From contig OZ251224.1 of assembly GCA_965240325.2 (NCBI GenBank), forward strand, positions 2,666,001 to 2,730,000: a DNA stretch of 64,000 bases, given 5' to 3'. This stretch comes from Rebecca billardiae RCC1528. Lineage: Eukaryota; Protista; Haptophyta. Below the pieces are notes generated by a model. It saw only the letters and a program-made list of their open reading frames with translations, was not told the DNA's origin and made no database searches. Of the stretch, positions 10,821 through 23,192 are shown piece after piece (within the stretch, counting starts at the first letter, position 1; the number at the start of each line of letters is the position of its first letter). The translations under genes and the position numbers were made by a program.

Positions 10821-12337
10821 TCATAGGAACAGCAACGACGGGGCCGCGCGCGTCTGGTTCTTGAAAGTCTCGAACTCCTCGACCTGCCAGCTCGGCGTGT
10901 CCTCTGCGAAGATGGGCAGGAACTTGGTCTGCCGCTCGGGCGAGCGCGAGACCATGTTCTGCACCAGCCCGTGCGCCATGTTCTGCACGAGCTTCTGGTT
11001 GGGGTGGAAGCACGTGATGGGGTCGCAGAGGCGCGACTGAAACGCAAACGTCATCATGAACGGGCGGAAGCGGACGATGAAGTTCCTCCCGTTGTCGTAG
11101 TCGCGCGCGGTCTCGCGCAGGATGTCGTTGATCTGCGCCGCGTACTCGTCCGCGCCCTCGCCCGAGTTGAAGACCGTTCCCTCGCGCTTGAACGCCTGCG
11201 CCTTCCACACCTGGATGCCCATGCGGCACCACGCGTGCAGCTGCTGCACGTCGTCGAGCGAGGAGACGCGCTCGCTCACGCCCACCAGGTTGACGTACGT
11301 GTACGGCAGGCTGACCGACATGAAGTTGAAGAGCCCCCGCACCTTGTGCCGGATCAGCGTGGTGTTGCGCTCGCTCCACCACATGTCGCCCCAAGAGACC
11401 ATCAGCGTGAGCACCTTCCACTGGGTGCGCAGCTCGGGGTGCTCGTGCGCGATCCAGCGGCGCAGGTCCATCGCCTCGTCCATGAGCGTCGTGTTGCGCT
11501 CGTGCGTCCCCGCTGCCTTGTGCGCGTTCGTGTTGCTCAGGAGCGAGGCGCCGTCTGTGGCCGCGTTCAGGCCGCAATTCTGGCTGCATGCAGCGGCGCA
11601 CCGCAGCCGGAGCACGGGAGCGCACGCGGTGCGCGCAGGGCGCGGCGGTGGCATCACGCGTTGAGAGGCGCTCGCGCAGCGCCGAGCCGATGCGCACACG
11701 TGCCGCCGGCGCGCACGCGGACGCACCGGTGGACCTTGCACGGGTTGAGCTCAAAGGACATGTAAGTGCCCGATGAGAGCCCGGCCAGCTTTGGGTTGAA
11801 GCGGTGCAGGATGGTCCCCAGCGTCTCGACCTTGGCGCCTCCGGTGAGGACGCCGTCGCCGCATCCCCACGAGCCCCCGCGGTAGTCTTGCATCACCCGA
11901 GCGTAGTGGCCGTCGCCCACGCCCACGTTGAGGCCGGTCTGCCACGAGTCGCCGAGGCACATGACCGCCGCCACCTGGGACGCGTTGATGCCGCGGAAGC
12001 CGCGCGTCCAGGGGTAGCCGCCCGACGCCCCCGCGTTCGTGTCTGCTGGGCGTATGAACGAGTTGGCCGGTTTGACCGGGGCCGCCGGTTTGGCCCCGCC
12101 GCCCGCGAGGTGCTCCTCGAGTTGGAGGAGGGCTTTGCCCGCAAGCTGCTCCGCGTTGAGCCCCGCGAGCTTGCTCGGGTCGAACCCCCCGAGTTTACCC
12201 GCACCGAACCCGCCGAGCTTACCCGCACCGAACCCGCCTTTCCCCTTCGCGAACATCTTGGCGAGGGGCTGTGCTCTGGCGAGGCCGAGCGCCAGCGTGA
12301 TCAGAGCGCACGACCATCGTCGCCCTCCGCGCGCCAT
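10821..12337 (-). CDS. Secreted phospholipase B1-like SGNH/GDSL lipase, 2 exons
   Basis: Signal-peptide-like N-terminus. VAAVMCLGDSW (GDS nucleophile), DYRGGSWGCG, TLGTILHRFNPKLAG, LNAA, WKVLTL, CFHP. One intron at about 11585-11729 joins ORFs 11654..12397 and 10821..11741. Confidence 0.8.
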
Positions 12338-12814
12338 GGTGGTTCTGTCGTCCTGGAGCTTGGAACCAAAAATGATGCTTGTCGACGATGCCGCCACAGG
12401 GCCGCACCGGCGCGACTTTTACTCATAATAAAACGGTGAGACTGATCATGAATGATGTCATCAGGCATTTATGAGACAGCAGGCATCACGACTACGTACT
12501 CTTGAGCATCACTCGACAGACACTCGCCGACTTCGTACTAGTCGTCTTACTGCTCGTCTGCAGCAGAGCCGCAGCCCGCAAGGATGACGACGTGCATGTT
12601 GCACCACTGTCCGCTGCACCGCCACGCGTGGACCCGTGAGCCGCGTGAGCGTGCACAGTCATACGCGGACCGGCTCCAGAGTACTGTAGTCGCGCGGGTC
12701 GGGAGCCTGAACCCTGCGACGACTGGCATCATCAGATCATGGCCGCACTCTCGCCCGCATGCAAGGGTCATCAAGCAAAGCTCTGGGCCGCGCTCCGTGC
12801 CGCTCACCCCGTGC

Positions 12815-14969
12815 TCATGAGAGCAGGCGGCGCAGGTACTCCTGAAAGCTCCCCGAGACCTCCTTGCAGCTGGGCTCGAGCAGCGCCCGGAGCGCGCCCA
12901 GCCCCTCGTCGGAGCGCGCCGCGTCGATGGCGACGTCAATCTGCTTCACGCCCGAGCGCGCCACGTCCAGCCGCTCCGCCAGCGGCTTCTCCTCCGCCTG
13001 TGCGGGCGACGGGTGGGGAGGGCGGGTGGCGCGCGTGCGGGGTGACGGGCGCGAGCGCGCGCACGCCGCGCACGCCGCGCACGCCGCGCGGCGGGCAGGC
13101 GCGGCGCGCGCCGCGCTCACCAGGAGACGATTGACCTCGCGCTGACAGCGCGCGCGCTGCTCCGACAGCCGAGCGCGCCTGCTGCCGGCCGCAGCCTCCG
13201 CCGTGGCCGCGTCGGGCGCGGCCGCGGCGGCCGCGTCCATCTGAGCCTGCAGCGCCTGCGCCGCGTCCAGCTGCAGCTGCACCTCCTCGCGCTGGGTGCT
13301 CAGCACGTCCAGTCGCTCCTCCAGGCTGCGGGCGCGCACGCGGCGCGCGGCGCGCGGCGCGGGACGCGGCGCGGGCACGCAGTGCGCGCGGCGTCCGTGC
13401 GTGGGCGACCCGGGGGCACGTGGCACGAGCACGGGGTCGGCGCGGGTCGCATGGCGCGGCGCGCGCGTGCGCCCACCTCAGCGCGGTGCGCTCCGTCTGC
13501 TCACGCAAGGCAACGAGCTTGCGCGAGACGCTCGCTGCGAGCGCCCGCTCGGCGCGCCGCCGCGCCATGCGCGCCACGCGCTCCTCATCCGAAGGCTGAG
13601 TCGTTCTGGCCGCGAGTGCGGCCGGGCTCGGGCTGACAGGCTGCGGTGGCAGCGCCAGCTCCGCCGCCGCACGCCGCTCGGCGGCGCCGTCGACCGGCGG
13701 CTTCTCCTCGTCGAGCTCGGGCAGCGGCGCCGCCGCGCTCGCGTCCACCTCGACGCTCCCGGGCACATCGACGACTGCGTCGGCGCGCAAGTCATATGCA
13801 TCCGCCGCGCCGTCGGCGGCGGCGCTCGGGAGCCAGCCGGCCGGCGCGTCAGGCCGACGCGCGCGGGGCGCGTCCGCGCGTGCGGCGCGTGCGCGGCCCG
13901 TCGCGCCGCGGGGCGCGTCGTACACGTACCCGTCCGCCGACGCGCCGCCGTACGGGTCGTACGCCGCCCGCTCCGCGCCGCCAAAGCGCACATCGTCGCC
14001 ATCGCCCTCCCAGCCTGGTGGCGGCGGCGGGCGGCGCGGCCGGCCCGGACCGGGCGCAGCGGCGCGCGGCGGCGGGCGTGCGGAGCCGCGGCGGGGGCGG
14101 TCGTACGCGGGGTCAAGCTCATCGTCGTACGACTCAGCCGCGGCATACCGCGCCCGTCGCGCACCCCGGCGCGGCGGCGGCGCGTCCTCGAAATACGGCC
14201 GCGCGCTCGCGGCCGGCCCGCGCGCGGCGGGCGGCGGCGGCTTCTGCGCCTCGAAAAAATCGTCGGGCTCGACCGTGTCCGGATCGCCCCAGAGGCGCAG
14301 CCACGCGGAGAAGAGGTTGAGCCGCCAGTCGCCCTCCTGCCGGATGTTGCGCGCGAACTCCTTCATCCGCGGGTCGCCCGGCGTGCCGATCTCGAACGCC
14401 TCCTCGTCATCGCGCAGAGGCGCCGCGCCCGGCACGCGGCCCGAGCGGCGCGTGCGCGGCGGCGTCTCGGCGACCACCTCCTCAAAGTCGGTGAGCGAGA
14501 CCATGGGCTCCTCGTACACGTTGCCCACCTCGAACTCGGCCTCGTCGTACACGCTCTCGTCCACGTACTCGCTCTCGTCGTACACCGCGCTGCTGCCCAC
14601 CCGACGTCGCGGGCGCGAGCGCCGCGCCGGCCTGCGGACCGGCTGCACGACGTAATCGCCCTCGTCCTCGTCGAGCAGGGCGTCGTCCTCCTCCTCCTCC
14701 TCGTCGAAGTCGTATGCGCGGTTGAACGCCTGGCGCGCGCGGTCGAGCGGGCCCTTGCGGGCCTCGTCCTCCCCGTCAGCTCGCTCACCGCCGCGGCCGA
14801 AGATGGCACACACCGACGTGCGCTCGCCCGAAGCGCGCGCCGCCGTCCACGCGCGCGCAGGCTGGCTCGCGAACGAGGAGGCGGGCCGGACGCACGCGAT
14901 GGCACCGATCGTGACGAGGAGCACGCGCCGCCATGGGTGCGCCCCCGCGCGAGGCGGCGCCGTCAGCAT
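12815..14969 (-). CDS. Hypothetical protein with predicted signal/transit peptide, acidic/low-complexity middle and C-terminal coiled coil, 3 exons
   Basis: Coding-like codon use. Hydrophobic stretch then PASSFASQPA. GT-AG introns at about 13327-13476 and 12998-13120 join ORF 12936..15074 to ORF 12815..13432. Confidence 0.65.
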
Positions 14970-15256
14970 GTCCACGGCCGGTGGGAGTGCAGGCACGCGC
15001 AGGCTGGGAGCGACCTCGCCGCCACGTGCTGGGCGGCCGCCCGCCGATCGAAAGCCTTGCGCCGCGAAAGGCACCGCAGCGGCGCAGCCGCAGCGGCGGG
15101 GACTTCAGACTGGCAGGGTGGTCTCTGCGGGAGGCTGCGCGGGCCGGCGGGGCGGCCGCGACGCGCGCAGCCACGCAGAACTTTACGTCGCTCGTCGGCG
15201 CCCCCTGGCGTGGGGGCGCCGGCACGATTGAGGCCGCGCAGCACCTGCTCGACAGC

Positions 15257-18200
15257 ATGCGCCGCCCGTCGAACGCCGACGCCGGCGCGGATGTGCCGGC
15301 CGCGGGCGGAGTCGAGCACGAACGGCCCGAGCTGCCATGCCAGCAGCAGCTAGACCACCTGCACAACGTGGCGAAGAACCTGATGCTCACCGCCGTCGTT
15401 GACGAGCCCGGCGCCGCCGCCGTCATCACCGACGACAACCCTCACGTCGCCGAGCTGTGCGCGTGCGTGCGCACCATTCTCGAGCACGGCCTGATCGGAC
15501 TGGCGGCCGCGCAGCGGCTCGGGCTGCCCGCGCAGGCGGGCTCGCCGACGGCGTGGCGCGTGGTGCGCCAGTCGGCGCCGGCGCTACACCTGCCCTCCGC
15601 GCAGTCCGTCGCCTTCGTCTGCGGCCTCAGCGCCGTCGACGACGACGCCGAGAGACTGCGGCTGTGGCTGCGCCATGCGCTCAACGACAGCTCGCTCGTC
15701 GACGCGCTGGACGCGCTGCTCGCGGACGAGCGCACGATGGCGCTGTGGTACAGCCCGGGCGCGGCCGTGCGCCACGCCGACGTCAAGACCGTGCTGCTCA
15801 CCGCGCTCGAGGCGCTCAAGGGCGTCGGCTTCCGGCTCTCGGTGACAAGTGGCGAGTGGCTGCCCGCCGCGACCTCTGCCGCCAGCCTGCCAGGCAGCTT
15901 CGCGCTGTCGGAGCGGCGCGCGAGCGGCGGCACGGAGGAGCGCGAGGCGGCGGGCGAGGGCGAGGAGGGCGCCGACGCGCGCGCGCGCCGCGCGCGCAAG
16001 CCCAAGCGCGTCGCGGAGATCGGCAAGGTGCCCCGTGCGCCCGCGGCCGCTGCCACGGCCGCGCTCGCCGCGGCTGGTGGCGCTTCGGCGGGCGGTGCAG
16101 ATGCTGGCGCCGCCGCGCTGGCGGGCGCGGCGGCGGACGACGATGCGGCCGCGCCCGCGGCGGACGCGCTCCCTGCGTCGCTGAGCACAGCCGACGCCGA
16201 CGCGTGGATCGCCGCTGCCCCGCCGCCGCCGCCGCTGTCGATTTCGCTGGCGCTCAAAGCCGCCGGCGCGGCGCCGGAGTCGCTCGACACCTCTGGCGGG
16301 CTGCCAGAGTGGGTTGCGGCTGAGAAGGGCGTGGCGGACAGCGGCGCGTCGGGCGGCGGCGCGTCGGGCAGCGGTGCGGCGGCCGGCGGCGTGGCGGGCG
16401 GGTGCGTCGAAGAGGCCGGCGCGTCGGTCGACGGCGCGGGCGCGCCGCCCCCCGGGCCAAACGTGGCCGTGTCGGCATCGCCATCGGCCGGGCAGGCCGC
16501 GCCGCCGCCCGCCTGCTTGGGCTCTGGACCGAGTGGGGCGGCGGCGGCGGCGGAGAGCTTGGCTGCGCGCGGCGCGCACGCAGCGCTGCTCTCCACTGCC
16601 GACGAGAGCGGCGGTGCTCCGCGCGCGAGCGCGGGGGCTGCGCCGATGCCTCCGCTGGGTGAGGCGGGGACCGCGCGCACTCAGAGCAAGGCGGTGCACA
16701 CGGCCGCTGCCACTGGGTGCGTCGCCCGCCCGGACTCACAGTCCGCCGCCGCTCCCGCGCTGGAGCCCGCCGGGCCCTCGGGCGTAACGGCTGCGCGCGC
16801 GCCCGTCCCCGAGCGCCCGCACGCCGCTGTATCGCCGTTGGCTGCCGCCCCGCGCGACGAGGGCCGGGTGGCGGGCGCGCCGGCGGGCGCGCTGCGGCGG
16901 CCGGCGGCACAAGCGATCCCGCCGCCACTGCCTGTGCTCACGGCACCAGAGCTTGCTGTGCCACCGGCGAGCCCGGCGGGCGTGGGCAGCGACGCGGGCG
17001 GTTCAGAGGGCGCGGCGCAGCGCACGACCCCGACCCCCGACAGCGCGCACAGCCGCGCGGCGGCGCGCTCGCAGCTCTCGCGCGGAGGCAGCTCAAGCGC
17101 CGCGTCCGACCAGGGCGTGCTCACGTGCGGTGGAGGCGGGCTGCTGCTTGACAGCATCCCGGCCGGCGCGAGCCGCAGCGGCGCGCTCGCGCGCGTGCTG
17201 ATCGCCTCCGAGCGCGAGGAGGGCATCGTGCTGCGCGTGCACGAGAGCGCGCACACGCTCAGCGAGGAGAGGGACGCCGACCTGCGGCGGCACAGGCCGC
17301 ACCGCGAGGGCGACGAAGGCGGCGCGGCGGCAGCCGGCTCGGACATCGACCTGACGGCATATCTCGTCGGCGCCGACGGCGGCGCCGAGGGCTTCAGCGA
17401 GTGGTTCGGCGAGGCGGGCGCTCCGCGGCCGCGCGCGGCGGGGTCGGCGGCGTCGGCCGCGGCACCGCCCGCCGCTTCGCCGCGCGCGCCGCCGCCGCCC
17501 TCGGCGGGGCGGCCGCCCGCGGTGCTCATTCTGAAGGTCGTCGGCTCGTGCACGCGCGCCGATGGAGCGACGCGGCCGCACACGCTTTATCGGCTCGAGT
17601 GCCAGCTCGCGACGGAGTGCCGCACGGTGCTGCGGCGGTACTCGAGCTTCGTCGGGCTGCACAAGCAGCTGTGCCGCGCGTTCCCCGACGCGGGCCTCTC
17701 GCGCAAGTGGGACCTGCGGCTGCTGCGCGCCAAGGCGTCAATGGGTGAAGGCAAGCTGGCGGCCGCGGTCGTCGCGCGCCGGACGCAGCTTCTGCGGGAG
17801 TACGTGGCGGACCTGATGGTGCTGCCGGGCGTGCCGCACTCCGCGCCGCTGGCGCAGTTCCTCGGCGTGCGGCTGGGCGCGGGCGGCGGCGTGGCGCTGG
17901 GCTCGCCGCTCGCCGAGGCGCGCGGCGCGGCCGTGCCAGCCGGCGACATTCTTGCAGACGGCGCGGGCGGCGGCGGAGGAGGCGCCGAGCCCGCCGCCGA
18001 CGGCGGTGACAACGGTCGCAGCGTGCCTGCGCACGCCGCGCGCGCCACGTCGCAGCCCGAGGCCGAGCCTGCAGGGCGGCACATCAAGCTGCTGCTGGAT
18101 CCTCCGGCGCCGCGCCCGTCGGATGGCGCGCTGCTCGCCGCGCAGCGCGGCCGATGCGCGGGCTGCGGCGCTCGCATTGGTGAGCCACCCTCGCCTGGCG

Positions 18201-19706
18201 GAGACGCGCGCGCGCGCGCGCGCAGTGCCGCTGCGGCCAAGCGCGGCGCAGGCAGCGCCGCGATTGCATCGCTCACGCACTCGATGTCCTCCTCCGTCTC
18301 AGCCGCGCGCAGCACGCTCGGCGGGCTCGCCGGCGCGCTGGTCGGCGCGCCGCGGTACTGCGAGTACACCCGTCAGCTGTTCTGTCATGGCTGCCACGCG
18401 GGCGCGGAGCGCGCGCTGCCCGCGCGGCTTGTGCACCGCTGGGACGGCAGGCCTGCCAGGGTGCGCGCCGCGCGGGCGCTGTGCGCGCGCGCGCTCGCCG
18501 CCTCCCACCTTCCCGCCGCCGCCGCCCCTCGCCTGCCCCACAGGTGTGCGAGTGGGCGGCGCAGTTTCTGGATGTGATCCAAGGGCAGCCATTGCTGTGC
18601 GTGTCGGCACACAATCCGGCGCTGTTTCAGACAGTGCCGCAGCTGGAGCTGGTGCGCGCGCAGGCGCCTGCCTGCCTGTGCGGCGCGGCGCGGCGCGGCG
18701 CCCACGGCGGCCGGCGCGGCGGGCCGCGCGGCGCGGCTGCGCGCCAAGCTGACGGCCTCCCTTCGGCGCGCGCGCGCGCACGCGCGCGACCCTTCCCTCC
18801 CGCGCGCCGCGCGCCGCGCGCCGCGCGCCACGCGTTGCGCGCCAGCTCCGCCGGTTGCGCTCGGAGGTGCACAGCCTGTGCCTCGAGCTGCGCGGGGTCG
18901 AGCCGGCGCGCCGCGCGCAAGCAGCCCTGGCCGTGGATGCGGCGATGGCGGACGCGGCGCGCGCGAGCACGAGCGCTCGCGCGCCTCCGAGTGCCGCGCT
19001 CGGAGCCGGCCCGGGCGCCTCCCCGGGGCTCGGCGTCGGCTGGCCGGCCCAGCGGCCGAGCCAGCCGCGCGCGGCCACGGGCGCCGAGCACGCCAGCCTC
19101 ACGGACGGCGGCTCTCCCCTCGCCGCCGGGGCCAGATGGGGCGGGGCGGCCGACGACGCCGGGGGCGAGAGCGCGGCCCCGCTCCCCACGCGCGTCGCGC
19201 AGCTCATGACCAACCCTGAGCTCTTCTCGGTCGCCGAGCTGCTGCTGATCTGGCGCGGCGCGGAGGCGGGGACGCTGCTCGTGCTCGAGCGCGCGCACCG
19301 CGAGCTCACGGCGCAGCTCTTCCTGCAGCAGCCGCGCTCCGAGCCGCGCGCGCCAGGGCTTGCGCCGCCGGCTTGGCACGCGCCGGCTGGGTCCCTACCG
19401 CTCGACGGCTCGGCGCAGCCACTCGCGCGGGCCGCAAGCACGGCGGCGCAGGGCGACGGCTTGGAAGCTGGCTTCGCGGCGAGCGTGAACGAGAGTCTCC
19501 GCGAGGCCGAGCAACTCGTCAGTCAGCTCTCGGCCGCCATGAGCTCATCAGCGTTTGACGGCGGGAGCGCGGCGGCGGTGGCCGGCTCCTCTGTGCCGAC
19601 AGGAGTCTCGGCCGGCGGGCCCGAGACAGAGGGCCGTGAAGAGGGCGATGTCGACGACGACGCAGTCGATGCGGTGCTCGCCGAGGTGATCGGCGGTCCG
19701 CGGTAG
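15257..19706 (+). CDS. RUN + PX + Rubicon-homology (zf-RING_9) domain protein (PLEKHM1/Rubicon/DEF8-like), 3 exons
   Basis: RUN: LCACVRTILEHGL...RLWLRHALND...LWYSPGA...LEALKGVGFRL. PX: HTLYRL..VLRRYSSFVGLHKQL..RRTQLLREY..LAQFL. RH: QRGRCAGCG..RYCEYTRQLFCHGCH..LPARLVHRWD..VCEWAAQFL..NPALF. Confidence 0.85.
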
Positions 19707-19904
19707 CGTTGTCACAGCCGGTTGCTGAATGCTGAGTGATGGGCCGTTCTGGAAGCTCGGACGCCATCACCATGATAAGTAGTCAGTACCGGCGGATAAC
19801 AGTCCGGGCGCAGCGCGCCGGAGCGCTCTGGCTGCCTTGCTCAATCGGTTCGCTGCAGCGGTCGCCCAGTGCTCACACGCTACCGCGCCTCCAACGACTC
19901 CGCG

Positions 19905-20501
19905 ATGGTGGGCGGCCCCGCGCGCACCCAGCCAGGCCACGTCAGCGTGCGTGCTTATGCCGCGATCCTGGCGCGCGTTCCAACATGCGCGCGCACTCCG
20001 CCACCCGCGCTCCGCGCGGCCGTGCGCAGGCGTCCGATGAGCCTGCCGCCGAGCAGGACCCGACGCAGCTCCAGTCCACGCAGGAGCTCACCGTGTTTGT
20101 GCAGAACCTCTTGCAGCAGATGGTGCCCAGCACGTCCGCACCACCGCGATTGCCCGACGCGATGCGACCCTCACCCGCCCGTCCCGCCGCTGCCTCACGC
20201 GACGTCCGCACCGCCTGCCCGCGCACTCGCCTGCCCGCGCGCAGCAAGGGCGGTTCGCCACCATGTCAGATCAGATCATCTCCCGAATCGACGAGATGGG
20301 CAGCCGCATAGATGAGCTCGAGAGCTCGATTGGCGAGCTCATGGCGCAGGTGAGCTGGCTCCGCGTGCGCGAGCCGGAGCGGCCTTCGCCCTGCGCTCAC
20401 CCCGTGCCGCCCGCTCCCGATCCTTACTCGCGCAGGCTGGCGTGGAGGAGGAAGCAGGCGGCGAGGCAGCAGGAGGCGAGGTGGCGGAAAACGCAAAGTG
20501 A
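19905..20501 (+). CDS. HSBP1: Heat shock factor binding protein 1, 4 exons
   Basis: Spliced product M|[31 protein letters not shown]|[35 protein letters not shown]|AGVEEE...AK* matches the HSBP1 consensus. Confidence 0.9.
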
Positions 20502-21249
20502 GGAGAATGATCGCGACGGCGCTGGAAGAGCGCAGCGCATTTCGTGGCACGCGCCGTGCCACCTGGCCTGAATCTTGGTGCGCTCGTGGCTCTACAGAGC
20601 TGGACAGGTGGCCCGGTGACGGCGCTGCTCGAGTCTCCCCACACGCAGAGTGCACCACGCGGGCGTCCGCACGTCCGTGGGCCGTGAGGCATGACTGGTG
20701 CAATGAAGGGGGGATCCTCGGACGGGTATCCGGCCGCAGCTTGGCAATTCGGACAAGACGGCGCCGGCACCGCCGCCGCAGAGTCACGCCTCACGGCACG
20801 CGATGATGGCGCGGCACGCGGTACAGGCCCCACTCCCTACTCTAGCTTACTTCACAGTGAGTTCACTCTCCAGCGCGACTGTCACCGCAGTCGGCATGGC
20901 GGCCACCGCCACCAGAAGTCAGCGTGGTCCTAGCAGCGCTGTCGGCTGTCGCTAGGACCGCGGAGTGCGTAAGCGCGGCTGTGGCACTGTTAGTGTTAAA
21001 ATTCCAGTCTTACTCTTAGTAGTCTTAACTCACGACGGTTTGTTTGATCGTGACTCTGTCTGTCAAGTGTAGATCTACACAGAACTGTATCGTAGAGTAC
21101 AGTCGTGCTAGAGACAACCTTACCAGGCGGCGACCTGTCCACTGTCAGACCAAAGGAATTCAGACCAGCAGCTGCTTGCTTGTTTCCGCTCCTCCGTCGC
21201 ATCCGGCAGCAATCATTTTCATCAGGATGGCTTCCGCGGCAAACGCGGC

Positions 21250-22155
21250 ATGGACGAGGACTTCGTGATCACCGACGCGCAGTCCGGGGCGGATGTCATC
21301 CAGGCCGGGGCCACTGCCGCGACAGGCGGGGCGACGGCGGCGCCGAAGGATGTTGCTGAGCGCGAAGGCTTCCAGTATCGCGAGCGCGCCATGGGCATGA
21401 GCCTGGACGACCTCATCCAAGAGACTGGCGGAGGTCGTCGCGGTCGAGGTGGGAAGCCGAAGCGTGACGGCGGTCGGGGCGGGGGCAGGCACGAGGGCCA
21501 GCGGCGTCGCCACGGTGTTGGGCGGGGCCGTGGTACTGGCGGCGAAGCGTACCGTGCGCGGGGCGCAGTTTCGATTGAGAAGCGCGGCCAAGGTGAGCCG
21601 CACGGCGCGCGCTGCCCAGCTGCCTCGCGCTGAATGCCTGGCTCACGCAACGCACGCGCTCCGCCGCCCGCAGGCAACTACACGGTGCTGCAACACGGGA
21701 TGGCCATTGTTGACGTGCAGGACGGCGACATCACTATGAACACGTCCGGCCAGCACACCGCCGAGTCGCTGATGACGCTGAACCGCACGCTCAACAAGTA
21801 CGGCTTCCGCGTGGTGGCGACGCAGTCCGGCGAGTGGCTTGTCAGCGGCCAGAACAAGTCCTCGCGCTTCTTCGACGGGATGGTGCTGCACGGCGTGGCG
21901 CGTTGGTCGGGCGAGCCGGGGGCGGCAGGCGGCGCCGGCCGCGTGGCCGACATGAGCAACGTCGCGCAGCCGCCGGCGCAGTTTGGCATGCACGTCGACA
22001 TGAGCGCCGTGCCGCAGCACCGCATCCGACAGCCGCGGCCCGGTGAGACGCACGAGCGCGAGCTGCCGCCGGTCTTCTCGCGCCTGGGCCCGCGGCCGGG
22101 AGGCGCGGTGCGCACGGGCGGCGCGGCACAGCAAGGGCGCTTCAACCCGTACTGA
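21250..22155 (+). CDS. Putative nuclear RNA-binding/export adaptor-like protein (SLDDLI motif, RGG region, small globular domain, VFSRLG, C-terminal RFNPY), 2 exons
   Basis: ORFs 21250..21633 and 21634..22155 are joined by intron CAAG|gtgagc...ccgcag|GCAAC. MSLDDLI resembles the ALYREF/Yra1 UAP56-binding motif. C-terminus resembles a PY-NLS. Confidence 0.65.
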
Positions 22156-22712
22156 CCTCTCTTCATGTCGGGTGCAGCCCTGTGGCCGTCTTCGCGGTTC
22201 CCGCGCTTGGCCTGCTGGCCCTCGCACGTTCGCCGGGATTTGGTCACACCGCGCCGCCGGCGATGATGATTCATCGCGAATCACTGCCGGTCACCTCGTG
22301 TTGCGATGTGCCAGTGGCCAGCATCCGTAAGGGGGTGCGTGGAGATCAGACTATCGGCCAGGCCGCCATCGTGGCAACGGCGAGCGTCTGCGTCCCGTGC
22401 AGCGCGGCGCACTCATGGTTGCCGGTTCACAGCACGCGCTAGAGCCTATCTATCATAGAAGGTACCTTTGACTCACATACAGTTGTACTCACCAAATACT
22501 GTACAGTACGAGTTGAGTGATCTCATATTCAAGTTCAGTCGCGTCATCAATCATCATCAATATCGTTCGATGGGCTGCGTTACGTTTCCCGCGAGTGCGA
22601 CGGTTAGCGCAGCAAGCGCGACTGTTGCTCAGTTTGCCGGCCACCCTGTGAGACAGGAGCGGGTCGGACCCACCCTCAGTCCCGGTTGGCAGGGCGCGCG
22701 CCTGCAGCAGGG

Positions 22713-23192
22713 ATGGGGTGCGGCGCGTCGAAGGCGAAGACTCCCGAGCCGGCGGCCCCCGTCGACAAGAAGCCCGCGGACGATACGCCCGTCAAGCCCG
22801 CGAAGGCAACCGAGGCGGAAAAACCACCAGCTGCGCCGACAACAGAAAAGCCTGCGGCCGCTACAACGCAGAGCACACAACCCAAGCCGGCGGCGGAGGA
22901 GGAGGAGATGCCGCCCGCGGAGGAGCCTCCGAAGGAGCAGCCCGCACCAGAACCCACGCCTCTCGCTGCCGAACAGCCGCCGCCCGAGCCAGTCAAGGCC
23001 GAGCCACCGAAGGAGACACCACCGGCGCCGGTCGAGCAGGTTGCCGCCGTGGCACCAAAGGAGGTTGTGGACTCGCTCATGCGAACAGCCGGGGGTGGAG
23101 CGTCTGCAGACGCACCGGCGGCTGACGGTGTCGCCGACACGGGCCCCACCCTAGCCGCAGGCGGCTATGCAGATGCACCGATGTCTGACTGA
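22713..23192 (+). CDS. Small dually acylated low-complexity (P/E/A/K-rich) membrane-anchored protein
   Basis: Starts MGCGASK (myristoylation/palmitoylation consensus). Open 159 aa. Confidence 0.7.
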   Translation: MGCGASKAKTPEPAAPVDKKPADDTPVKPAKATEAEKPPAAPTTEKPAAATTQSTQPKPAAEEEEMPPAEEPPKEQPAPEPTPLAAEQPPPEPVKAEPPKETPPAPVEQVAAVAPKEVVDSLMRTAGGGASADAPAADGVADTGPTLAAGGYADAPMSD

